Source: an uncultured Planctomycetales bacterium (GTDB lineage Bacteria > Planctomycetota > Planctomycetia > Pirellulales > Thermoguttaceae). Taken from it: a DNA stretch of 60,788 nt. Numbering within the stretch: the first letter of the stretch is position 1; the number at the start of each line of letters is the position of its first letter. This document shows positions 52,721-60,788 of this stretch, in pieces. Location: assembly GCA_946541595.1 (NCBI GenBank), contig CAMNJU010000001.1, positions 1 to 60,788 of the forward strand, written 5' to 3'. The notes under the pieces were generated by a model. It searched no databases, had not been told where the DNA came from, and saw only the letters and a program-made list of their open reading frames with translations. The position numbers and the translations under genes were made by a program.

Positions 52721-53713
52721 TTAGCAAAGCTTATCCCCAACTTTAATCGGATATCCACGTAGGAAAACCTCGGGACTCATCGGTTTTTTCCCAGCCGGTT
52801 GAATAGCAAGAGCTCGTAACGCGCCATTTCCTGTTTTAATCCAGAAGTTTGTCTTTGTCACCAATAAAACGCTTCCGCATGGAACGTCTTCGTACTGTTC
52901 CGGAACCCAGACAGGCGCCGCGCCATCTTGATCGAAGCTGGAAAAAGGCCCCAAAATAAGCCGTGTTGACGTCGATTTATGAGAATCCGCGCTAATCCAA
53001 TCCGAATAGACTCGAGGCCATGGCTGAAATGCGCGATAAAGATCAATGATCGACTCGGACGAAGAGGACCAGTCGATATGCCCCTCCTCTTTTTTAATTT
53101 TAGGGGCTTTAGAAACCCCAGACGCGTCTTGAACCAAAGGTTCGACTGAACCTGACTCAATTCTATCAAGCGATTCAACCACAAGGCGCGCGCCCATCTG
53201 GGCAAGCGTCGCCTCAATTTCAACAGCCGTGTCTTCCAGAGAAGGCACATAAGAAGTCGTGGCGACAACGGGACCTGCGTCGACTTTAGGTTCAATAAAA
53301 ATAACGCTTACTCCTAACTCTCGCTCGCCGGCCTGAATAGCTCGGTTAATCGGAGCGGCGCCACGATATTTCGGAAGCAAAGATCCATGTAAGTTAATCC
53401 CCCCCAACCGAGTCGACTCGATAACCTCTTTTGCAAGGATTCTGCCGTAATCGCAAATAAAGAATAAGTCGGCGTTAAAACTCTTTATCAATTCAACCCC
53501 TTCGGGCGAATTGATATTCTCGGGAGAATACACGGGAGTCTCCGGCAAATACTCCTCAACGGCGGCTCGCACGGGCGGGATACCGGCCTTACTGCCGGAA
53601 CGTTTTGTTCTTAACGGCATAACAATAGCCGCAACAACTTCGTGTCGAGAGTCCTTTAACGCACACAAAGTAGGTATTGCGAAACCGCCGTTGGCAATTG
53701 CTACTATTCTCAT
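52721..53713 (-). CDS. fmt: Methionyl-tRNA formyltransferase
   Basis: The start at ATG 53713 gives MRIVAIANGGFAIPTL. Also NLHGSLLPKYRGAAPINRAI and a C-terminal Fmt domain. Confidence 0.85.
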   Translation of the reverse strand: MRIVAIANGGFAIPTLCALKDSRHEVVAAIVMPLRTKRSGSKAGIPPVRAAVEEYLPETPVYSPENINSPEGVELIKSFNADLFFICDYGRILAKEVIESTRLGGINLHGSLLPKYRGAAPINRAIQAGERELGVSVIFIEPKVDAGPVVATTSYVPSLEDTAVEIEATLAQMGARLVVESLDRIESGSVEPLVQDASGVSKAPKIKKEEGHIDWSSSSESIIDLYRAFQPWPRVYSDWISADSHKSTSTRLILGPFSSFDQDGAAPVWVPEQYEDVPCGSVLLVTKTNFWIKTGNGALRALAIQPAGKKPMSPEVFLRGYPIKVGDKLC

Positions 53714-53821
53714 TTCTCTTCTATTCGTCGAAAACCGTTTATTGAAATCTCTGCCGTATCGCAAACTCTAGGCGCGCATGCCGTCGCCATCCGTACAGAT
53801 CATGACGCCGTATTACCAAAC

Positions 53822-54766
53822 TTACGATGAAACAGCGATTTGATCGCACAACGCCGAAGCGCACTGAATACAAACTGTAAACGTCGCGCCAAAGAAAACG
53901 CAAAGGCCAAAAGTCTGCCGACGGTACTTATGTTTTAAAAAGGCGGAAAGAGCTATTAAAGCAACGATCCCAGGAAGAGCGAGGACATATCCGGAACAAA
54001 CGCCCCAAACAGCGCCCAAAACAAGAAATTCAGCGCGTTCTTGTCGACCGTAAAGCTTCCAACAAAGTAAAACGCCAAGAATTCCTAACGATGCGCTAAA
54101 AGTGAGCGTTCGACAATACTCAGATATCCTCTCAACGTCGTTGATTAAAAAAACTACCAACGAGCCCGCCAGTAAAACAAAGACTGAAGCCCACACTAGA
54201 GACTTTGGAGAAGCGCCTCTGTCCCATTCGACAAATCCCAATGTCAACGACAAATCAATTATCAAAAGCCAAACGATTGCTAAGGCCGAAGTTGAACTAA
54301 GAAGATTCAAAAACTCGTCGTTAGCGACAGCTTCTTCGAAAAACTTACTTTCGCCCGCCCCGTCAGCCGCCCCTAAACGTTTTTCAACGGCGCTATTCCA
54401 CGCTTTATTCCAATTCGAATAATCTTCCCAGTAAAACGCTTGCGACTTTCCTCCCGTCCAGTTGCCAAAAAGAAGAGCCCAGGCAATCACTAACGCAATA
54501 AAACAACTCAGACTCTCGACCAATGGATACCGCCCGCTGATGGGTTCATGACAGTCGCGGCATTTACCTCTAAGAATGAACCAACTAATAATTGGAATAT
54601 TATCAAACCAACGAACCGGCGAATTGCACTTTGGACAATGAGAAGGCGGAGTCGTCAAACTCATTTTTTCTGGAACACGCCAAACGACGACATTCAAAAA
54701 ACTACCAATTGCGGCGCCGATGGCCGCCAAAAGAAAAACAAATATGACCAAAAGAACGGTCGTCAT
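53822..54766 (-). CDS. Prepilin peptidase (A24)-like membrane protein, divergent
   Basis: The N-terminal part is typical: GSFLNVVVWRVP...CPKCNSPVRWFDNIPIISWFILRGKCRDCHEPISGRYPLVE. The C-terminal membrane domain has no recognisable GxGD(F/V)K motif. Confidence 0.65.
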   Translation of the reverse strand: MTTVLLVIFVFLLAAIGAAIGSFLNVVVWRVPEKMSLTTPPSHCPKCNSPVRWFDNIPIISWFILRGKCRDCHEPISGRYPLVESLSCFIALVIAWALLFGNWTGGKSQAFYWEDYSNWNKAWNSAVEKRLGAADGAGESKFFEEAVANDEFLNLLSSTSALAIVWLLIIDLSLTLGFVEWDRGASPKSLVWASVFVLLAGSLVVFLINDVERISEYCRTLTFSASLGILGVLLCWKLYGRQERAEFLVLGAVWGVCSGYVLALPGIVALIALSAFLKHKYRRQTFGLCVFFGATFTVCIQCASALCDQIAVSS

Positions 54767-54814
54767 TGTCTAGCTCCTATTTCACCCAAATTCTTTGCAA
54801 CTCTCTAACTAGGC

Positions 54815-55708
54815 TTATTTTCCTTCCCTGGGTTCCACATTAAAAACATACATAACGGGCCAACACTTTCCCGTAACATATAATCTACGTTTAGATTGAT
54901 CAAACGCCAAGCCGTTCAGAACGTATTCGTCCGTCGATTTTAGTCCATCTGGAACAAACTCGGAGAAATTTAAGGCTCCGCCAATGAGAAGTCCTGTTGA
55001 AGGATCAATTCTCACAACGTAGTCCTCTTGATATACGTTCGCCCAAATCTCCCCGTTCACAATCTCAAGCTCATTGATATTTTTAACGGTTCGACGCTTG
55101 CCGCTCTGAGTAAAATAATGAACTTCAACAGACCGCAATTGCCGAAAATTATTGGGATCAATGAAACGTAATCTCGACGAACCGTCGCTCATTACCAAAT
55201 TGACGCCGTCATATGCAAGCCCCCATCCCTGCCCTTGATAACGGAACTCGTCAATTTGTTTAAACGTCTTTTTATCGTAAACCAAACAGGCGCGTTCAAG
55301 CCACGTCAACATATACAGGCGATCGCCAATACAGGCTAGACCTTCGGCAAAATACTGTCTGGGAACGTCGACATGTTTGAGAACTTTCCCCGTATCCGCT
55401 TCGACTTTACGCAAAAGAGAAAGACCGTATTTTCCTCCGCTTTCGTACAGGACGTCCTTTCCAAGATCCTGGTCAAATTCGTATAACAAGCCCTGAGTAT
55501 AAGAATCCTTTTTGCGCGAATACTTAAACGCTAACGTAAGATTGTATGCATCAGGAAACGTATTCTTCTCCGGCGCTTCTGCAAACGCGGTTAATAAGTT
55601 CAAATCGCTTGCTTCAAAAACGGCAAAAGCGCTCAAAGCGTTTTTCAAAAGCCTACGCCGGGTCGAAAAAAGAGCGTTCGAATAATCTGTGCTAAAAAAG
55701 GACTTCAT
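54815..55708 (-). CDS. Glutaminyl-peptide cyclotransferase (beta-propeller, PF05096-type), exported
   Basis: YTQGLLYE...LYESGGKYGLSLLRKVEADTGKV...FAEGLA...LYMLTWLERACLVYD...GWGLAYDG...INELEIVNGEIWANVYQ...VLNGLAFD. ATG 55708 gives a leader containing STRRRLLKNAL. Confidence 0.8.
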   Translation of the reverse strand: MKSFFSTDYSNALFSTRRRLLKNALSAFAVFEASDLNLLTAFAEAPEKNTFPDAYNLTLAFKYSRKKDSYTQGLLYEFDQDLGKDVLYESGGKYGLSLLRKVEADTGKVLKHVDVPRQYFAEGLACIGDRLYMLTWLERACLVYDKKTFKQIDEFRYQGQGWGLAYDGVNLVMSDGSSRLRFIDPNNFRQLRSVEVHYFTQSGKRRTVKNINELEIVNGEIWANVYQEDYVVRIDPSTGLLIGGALNFSEFVPDGLKSTDEYVLNGLAFDQSKRRLYVTGKCWPVMYVFNVEPREGK

Positions 55709-55805
55709 TATAATCTCTGTTTTCCTGTCCAAACGAACTGACCGTGCACGACTGCAGGTTGTAAAACGCAAGATTTCTCACATTCCCAAAGGTAAAACCG
55801 CTGAA

Positions 55806-58800
55806 TTACGAGTGGAACAGAATTTCTTTCAGGCACTGCCCAGTCGCGTTATCCGAAATTTTTGCAATATCTTCCGGGGTTCCAGCTGCGAGAATCTGAC
55901 CTCCGTTGACGCCGCCCTCGGGTCCAAGGTCAATAATCCAATCAGCAACCTTCATAACGTCTAAAGAGTGCTCTATAACAACGACGGTATTCCCTAAATC
56001 AACAAGCCGATTTAAAACGGAAAGCAGATTTTCAACGTCGAGCGGATGAAGACCTACGGTAGGTTCGTCAAGCACATACAACGTATTGCCAGTGGAAACG
56101 CTAGCCAATTCAGTGGCCAATTTAATGCGTTGCGCCTCGCCGCCAGACAAAGACGTCGCGCTTTGCCCTAACTGCAAATACCCTAATCCAACTTCTTGAA
56201 AACTCTTAATATAACGGGTAACGGCAGAGTGATTAGCAAAGAATTCTGCGGCTTCGTCAAAGGACATATCCAAAACGTCGGCTATCGATTTACCGTGATA
56301 TTTGACCTCCAAAGTCGTTCGGTTAAACCGTTTCCCTTCACATTCAGGACACGTGACATACATATCCGGTAAAATCGAAGATTCAATCCGATGGTACCCC
56401 AACCCCTGACAGGCTTCGCAACGCCCCCCTGCAATATTAAAACTAAAACGCCCAGCTTTGTAACCGCGGTATTTAGCCTCTTGGGAATGTGAAAAAATCT
56501 TGCGAATCTCGTCAAAAACGCCAGAGTACGTAGCGGGATTACTACGGGGAGACCGTCCGAGTGGAGACTGATCGACAACAACCAACTTATCAATCCGACT
56601 CGCCCCGCGAATACTCTTCAATTTCCATTCGCAGTCACTCGTCGACACGGTATTCCGCAAGCGTTTCTGTAACGCCGGAGCAAGCGTATCGTTAACCAGC
56701 GAGCTCTTCCCTGAACCGCTTACGCCAGTAACGCAGGTAAAAAGTCCCAAAGGAAACGAGACGGAAATATCTTTCAAGTTGTTAGTTTGCACGCCTTCCA
56801 ACGTTAACGACCGCGTCTTGCTCGCCTTGCGACGCTTCGAAGGAATCTTAATCGATTTTTTTCCACACAAATACTGTCCGGTGGGAGAAACGCCCTGTTC
56901 TTCAATTTGGCGCGGCGTCCCCACGGCAACGATCTCACCTCCGGTACTGCCGGCGCCAGGACCAACGTCGATCATCCAATCCGAATAGCGAATAGCCTTT
57001 TCGTTATGCTCTACAAGAATAACCGAATTGTTGCGTTCGCGCAAAGCGTCGACTACGCCAAGCAAACGGTCTACATCGCGAGGATGAAGCCCCACAGTCG
57101 GCTCGTCCAAAATGTAACAGACTCCAGACAGTGTATTGCCAAGGGCGGTAGTCAGCCGAACGCGCTGCAACTCGCCCCCGCTAAGAGTTTCAGCAGGACG
57201 GTCAAGCGTGAGGTACTCAAGTTTCAGGGACTTCATTGTAGCCAGACGGCGTATGATTTGCTCCACAAGCGGCTCGGCAATAGAGCTCTTCAAATCGTCG
57301 AAGCGGAGTTGGCCAAACCAGTCCTCTGCCTCAGAAACGGTCATTTTCAACGCCTCGGGTAAAGTCTTATCGCCAACGGTAACGGTCCTAGCTTCGCGTC
57401 TAATGCGGGTCCCTCCGCATTCACTGCAGACTACCAAACCTCGAAAACTGGCAAGGTACTCCCTTTCCCGATCGCTCTTAGTTTCGGCGCAGACTTGTTC
57501 CAGCATGGGCGCCAACCCTTGAAAAAAGCCCTCTGGTTCAACTTCTTCGCTTGGCGCTGAATTTTTATCGGCCGAATTCACGACTTTTAGGGCTACGTCT
57601 TCTGCTTCGTCTTCCTGTTGCTCCCAGTCTGATTCGCCAGCTGAATCGAAGATTGAAGAATTATCTGAATCTTGCTCGTCGTCAGTTCCATTATCAACGT
57701 TTGAATCTAACGGTTCGTCAGTCTCGGCTAACTGGAAAGAATGTTCCTTGTTCACCTGAAACGATTCAACTTCGTTATCGTCAAAAGCTGCGTCGTCCTC
57801 GTCTTTGTGGACGTCGGTCCCAAAAAAGAAAAGACGTTTGGTTTCTTCATCCCATGTGGAAAGAGGCGCGGTAAATTTCTGAGGCTCAATCTTTTGAAAT
57901 TTTGTCAAAAGTGCGTTTAATTTGCGCTGCGTAGTCAAGGAAAGTGTCTTTCCCAGAGCCAACGCGCCGTTTTCGAGGGAAACGTCCGCATTCGAAATCA
58001 GAAGCTCAGGATCAAAAGCCGCGACCTTTCCGATTCCGTGACAGGAACGACACGCGCCATATGGACTGTTGAAACTGAACGTGCGCGGTTCAAGTTCAAC
58101 GTAGCTCACAGAACACTTTGGACACGAATAATGCGAACTGAACAGCATCTCCTTCCAAACACTTCTAGTTGTGCCTTGGAACGTTTTCTGCCGTTCTTTT
58201 TCGTAAAGGCAACAAACCAAGCCCTCTCCATTTTTCAAAGTCGTCTGTAAAGATTCATACAGTCTTTTCTCAATTCCTTCACGGAGGACAAGCCTATCAA
58301 CAACGACTTCGATGGAGTGTTCGACTTTCGGATTCAACTCGGGAGGAGAGTCAAGGTCTACGATAAGACCGTCGACTCGCGCCCGAGTAAATCCCCCTTT
58401 AAGAAGTCGTCGAAAGACGTCTCGGTGAGCGCCAAGTTTTTCACGGACTATTGGAGCCAGCAACATAAAACGGGAACCTTCCGGCAAGCTCTCAATAATC
58501 TGCTGTATTTCTTCCACAGATTGACGCTGAATAGGACGCCCGCATTTATAGCAATGGGCAACGCCAACTCGGGCATAGAGAATGCGCAAAAAATCAAAGA
58601 TTTCTGTTACCGTGGCAACCAAACTAAGCGGATTAGGATCGGCAGGACGTTGATCAAGCGCAATGGTCGGCTGCAATCCAGAAACGCCTACGACGTCCGG
58701 ACGTGTCAAACGTCGCAAAAACTGACGTGAGTACGTAGGCAAACTCTCCATGTATTGCCGTTGGCCTTCGACAAAAATCGTATCAAACGCAAGAGAACTC

Positions 58801-59048
58801 TTTCCGCTCCCGCTGGGACCGGTGATAACGGTTGTTTTATTCAGAGGAACGTCAACGTTTACATTCTTTAAATTATGGGTTTTGGCGCCGATCACCCGCA
58901 AATGGGAGGAATTGCTCGATTCAAACTCCGAACCGGATTTCAAGGACGACGCAACGCCGTTTTGACATTCAGCGTTTTTCTCGGACTCGCACTCGGAAAA
59001 CATTTCTACGCTAGGCGTTGAAACTGCTTCTTGACGGGCTTCTTTCAT
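55806..59048 (-). CDS. uvrA: Full-length UvrA (NBD-I + NBD-II) with an N-terminal extension and an acidic insertion
   Basis: Walker A GPSGSGKSS (aa 77-85). Zinc pairs C166/C169...C309/C312 and C333/C336...C541/C544. LSGGELQR, a second module [29 protein letters not shown]...[24 protein letters not shown] and VVVIEHSLDV. AAGGAGG precedes the ATG. Confidence 0.9.
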   Translation of the reverse strand: MKEARQEAVSTPSVEMFSECESEKNAECQNGVASSLKSGSEFESSNSSHLRVIGAKTHNLKNVNVDVPLNKTTVITGPSGSGKSSLAFDTIFVEGQRQYMESLPTYSRQFLRRLTRPDVVGVSGLQPTIALDQRPADPNPLSLVATVTEIFDFLRILYARVGVAHCYKCGRPIQRQSVEEIQQIIESLPEGSRFMLLAPIVREKLGAHRDVFRRLLKGGFTRARVDGLIVDLDSPPELNPKVEHSIEVVVDRLVLREGIEKRLYESLQTTLKNGEGLVCCLYEKERQKTFQGTTRSVWKEMLFSSHYSCPKCSVSYVELEPRTFSFNSPYGACRSCHGIGKVAAFDPELLISNADVSLENGALALGKTLSLTTQRKLNALLTKFQKIEPQKFTAPLSTWDEETKRLFFFGTDVHKDEDDAAFDDNEVESFQVNKEHSFQLAETDEPLDSNVDNGTDDEQDSDNSSIFDSAGESDWEQQEDEAEDVALKVVNSADKNSAPSEEVEPEGFFQGLAPMLEQVCAETKSDREREYLASFRGLVVCSECGGTRIRREARTVTVGDKTLPEALKMTVSEAEDWFGQLRFDDLKSSIAEPLVEQIIRRLATMKSLKLEYLTLDRPAETLSGGELQRVRLTTALGNTLSGVCYILDEPTVGLHPRDVDRLLGVVDALRERNNSVILVEHNEKAIRYSDWMIDVGPGAGSTGGEIVAVGTPRQIEEQGVSPTGQYLCGKKSIKIPSKRRKASKTRSLTLEGVQTNNLKDISVSFPLGLFTCVTGVSGSGKSSLVNDTLAPALQKRLRNTVSTSDCEWKLKSIRGASRIDKLVVVDQSPLGRSPRSNPATYSGVFDEIRKIFSHSQEAKYRGYKAGRFSFNIAGGRCEACQGLGYHRIESSILPDMYVTCPECEGKRFNRTTLEVKYHGKSIADVLDMSFDEAAEFFANHSAVTRYIKSFQEVGLGYLQLGQSATSLSGGEAQRIKLATELASVSTGNTLYVLDEPTVGLHPLDVENLLSVLNRLVDLGNTVVVIEHSLDVMKVADWIIDLGPEGGVNGGQILAAGTPEDIAKISDNATGQCLKEILFHS

Positions 59049-59070
59049 TTGCTTCCTCCTTTAATTGGCT

Positions 59071-59107
59071 TTCCTTTCGGAAAACGTTTATAAACAGTTC
59101 AAAGGAA
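59071..59107. promoter_or_regulatory. Imperfect 37-nt palindrome centred on GTTTATAAAC, just upstream of the 1080-aa uvrA
   Basis: TTCCTTT (59071-59077) pairs with AAAGGAA (59101-59107). The core GTTTATAAAC (59086-59095) is a perfect 10-bp palindrome. It lies 23-59 nt upstream of the ATG at 59048. Confidence 0.35.
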
Positions 59108-59218
59108 TATGAATCGCGAACATTCCTACAAATTAACACGGGGCGCCGACGCCAACATTCAATTTACATCGTATCGCTTATGTCTGCGTAAAAGGGAAAA
59201 ACGCAAAACGGCTTCTGC

Positions 59219-60700
59219 TTATTTTAAACTGTTGTAAGCCAGAAGTGTCTCGCGATACACATGTTCAAAAGTAAGATTGTTGGCTTCGGCAACGGCAACA
59301 ACGTCGTCAAACTCAGGCGCTACCGTTAAAATAGCGCCATGTCGAGTCTCTCCAACCTTAACTCGTATTGAGCCCCATTCGGTCTGAACGTCCTGCCAAC
59401 GCCGAAAAAGAGAATATCTTCGTTTAGGCGTTTCGCGAACGCCAAAGGTGCCCGAATGTCTAAAAAACGCGTCAAGAGCTTCTTGGCGTTCACTCTCAGA
59501 TACGAGAGCGCAAAAACGGCTGGCAGGTCGTCCTTTCTTCATTTGAATAGGCTCAAACCAAACGTCCAGGGCGCCAATTCTAAAGAGCGCTGCGGCCGCA
59601 GTTGCCAAACGTTCGCCGGTCGCGTCGTCTATATTCGTTTCCAACTCGTAAAGTGTTTCAGCGACATAGGGGCAAGAATCCCCATTCGTTTGAGTATCCG
59701 TTTCATATAGAGTCGCTCGCAGCAAATTGGGCCGAGTAGCCATTTCGCGAGTTCCGAATGAATTCACCGAGGCTGTAATTCGCGCTCCGTTCGGTATCGC
59801 AACTCTATTCCAAACTGCGAATAACGACGTGGCAGTCGGAGTAAGCATCTCGCATTTTTCGACGTCATACGATACCGGCAAACCATAATCGCGAAGCAGG
59901 ATCGCCACGGCCGGCGCCGGCAAAGGATAAACGCCATGTGCGCAACGGAAAGTCCCTTCGCCTACGGGCAACGGCGAAAGAGAGATCCCGTCAACGTTCA
60001 ACATTCTCAGAGCCAACGCGCAACCAACGGTATCAATAATTGAATCCGTGGCTCCAACTTCATGAAAATGAACGTCTTCTATCAGAGTTTGGTGAGCTTC
60101 TGCTTCTGCGGCGGCCAACGCTTTAAACGCCGCAAGAGCGTCGTTTTTTGCGTCTTCTCGCAAATCGCTGTTTTCCAGCAAGTTTCTAATATCCGCATAG
60201 GTCCTCCCATGAACATGAGAATGACCGACATGCCCATAACTTTCGTGATTTGAATCGTCGGAAAGATCGTGACAATGCCCGTATTTACGGTCATGATCGC
60301 CCTCGTGACAATGACAGTTTTCCAGAGCGCCGTCATGCTCGTCGTGGTCGTGGCAATGCCCGTGCGCATGGTCATGCTCGCCACTGTGACAATGGCGAAC
60401 CTCCTCTGAACAGTCAAATTCCGCATCGTGGTCATGCCAATGAGCGTGCGAATGCCTTTGAGAGCCGTCATGAGAATGTGCATGGGCATGACGGTGACCA
60501 TGTTCATGTATATCAACAGTCAAATAGACGCCGGAAGCCCCAAAAGAAGTTTTTTCTCCAACTCGTAGGTGAAAATGTTCAGGTATCAGCTTTTGGATTT
60601 CTATTTCCAAAAGCTTGGGATCGACGCCTAGTCCGACCAACGCGCCCAAAATCATATCGCCTGACGCGCCGCCCACGCTATCAAAACGCAGTATTCTCAT
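59219..60700 (-). CDS. larC: LarC (DUF111) nickel insertion protein for the nickel-pincer cofactor, with an expanded His/Cys-rich insert
   Basis: N-terminus MRILRFDSVGGASGDMILGALVGLGVD, then ...FHEVGATDSIIDTVG... and a C-terminal LarC domain. AAGGTG precedes the ATG. Confidence 0.85.
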   Translation of the reverse strand: MRILRFDSVGGASGDMILGALVGLGVDPKLLEIEIQKLIPEHFHLRVGEKTSFGASGVYLTVDIHEHGHRHAHAHSHDGSQRHSHAHWHDHDAEFDCSEEVRHCHSGEHDHAHGHCHDHDEHDGALENCHCHEGDHDRKYGHCHDLSDDSNHESYGHVGHSHVHGRTYADIRNLLENSDLREDAKNDALAAFKALAAAEAEAHQTLIEDVHFHEVGATDSIIDTVGCALALRMLNVDGISLSPLPVGEGTFRCAHGVYPLPAPAVAILLRDYGLPVSYDVEKCEMLTPTATSLFAVWNRVAIPNGARITASVNSFGTREMATRPNLLRATLYETDTQTNGDSCPYVAETLYELETNIDDATGERLATAAAALFRIGALDVWFEPIQMKKGRPASRFCALVSESERQEALDAFFRHSGTFGVRETPKRRYSLFRRWQDVQTEWGSIRVKVGETRHGAILTVAPEFDDVVAVAEANNLTFEHVYRETLLAYNSLK

Positions 60701-60788
60701 TCAAATTCACCTTTTATACCCAACACTCAATATCATGATTCATTTCTGAGCTCGTTCTTTTGCGATTGTTTCAACATATTTGCGAAAA

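Noticed and set aside
60082-60738. ORFs 60082..60516 (-, 144 aa) and 60250..60738 (+, 162 aa) overlapping larC
   Set aside because: Both arise from the repetitive CAT/CAC/GAC codons of the LarC His-rich insert read in other frames or on the other strand. The LarC frame has conserved family motifs on both sides.
60740-60788. Open minus-strand frame at the right edge (...FRKYVETIAKERAQK*), possibly the tail of a gene upstream of larC
   Set aside because: Only 16 codons are visible and two other frames are also open over part of the stretch. This is too short to call a feature.
1-60788. Scan for CRISPR arrays, IS/transposase genes, integrases, phage genes, restriction-modification or toxin-antitoxin pairs
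   Set aside because: I saw no regularly spaced direct repeats, no transposase, integrase or recombinase motifs, and no small paired ORFs typical of TA systems. On this reading the window looks like core chromosome and not a mobile or defence island.

Overview
This 60.8 kb window is chromosomal DNA, probably from a member of the PVC superphylum (Planctomycetota-like). That placement rests on a DUF1559/H-X9-DG prepilin-like protein, twin-arginine signal peptides and several giant secreted or orphan proteins. About 90% of the window is coding, mostly on the minus strand. I found no CRISPR array, IS element, integrase or prophage signature. Recognisable housekeeping genes are purH (truncated at the left edge), fmt, aat, aroH, rhaM, larE, larC, a HIT protein, an M20 dipeptidase and two identical tandem tRNA-Pro(GGG) genes. 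The most unusual content is three UvrA equivalents (six UvrA-type ABC modules) spread over three genes. One is a 1782-aa ORF carrying a complete UvrA plus the first half of a second UvrA. 123 bp downstream, a 945-aa ORF carries the missing second half, flanked by a Lys/Ser-rich tail and a duplicated domain of unknown function. A separate 1080-aa UvrA with an acidic insertion lies 17 kb away. Other points of interest:
- a 1571-aa all-helical orphan protein followed by a sensor-less histidine kinase
- a 1635-aa secreted giant protein
- a discoidin/beta-propeller protein with two CXXCH motifs
- a non-canonical Hsp70
- a LarC with a 100-aa His/Cys-rich insert
- a GATase-like protein whose nucleophile Cys is replaced by Gly
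- a prepilin-peptidase-like protein with no GxGD motif
- two long ORF-free intergenic regions
All functional calls come from motif recognition by eye. No database search was run.
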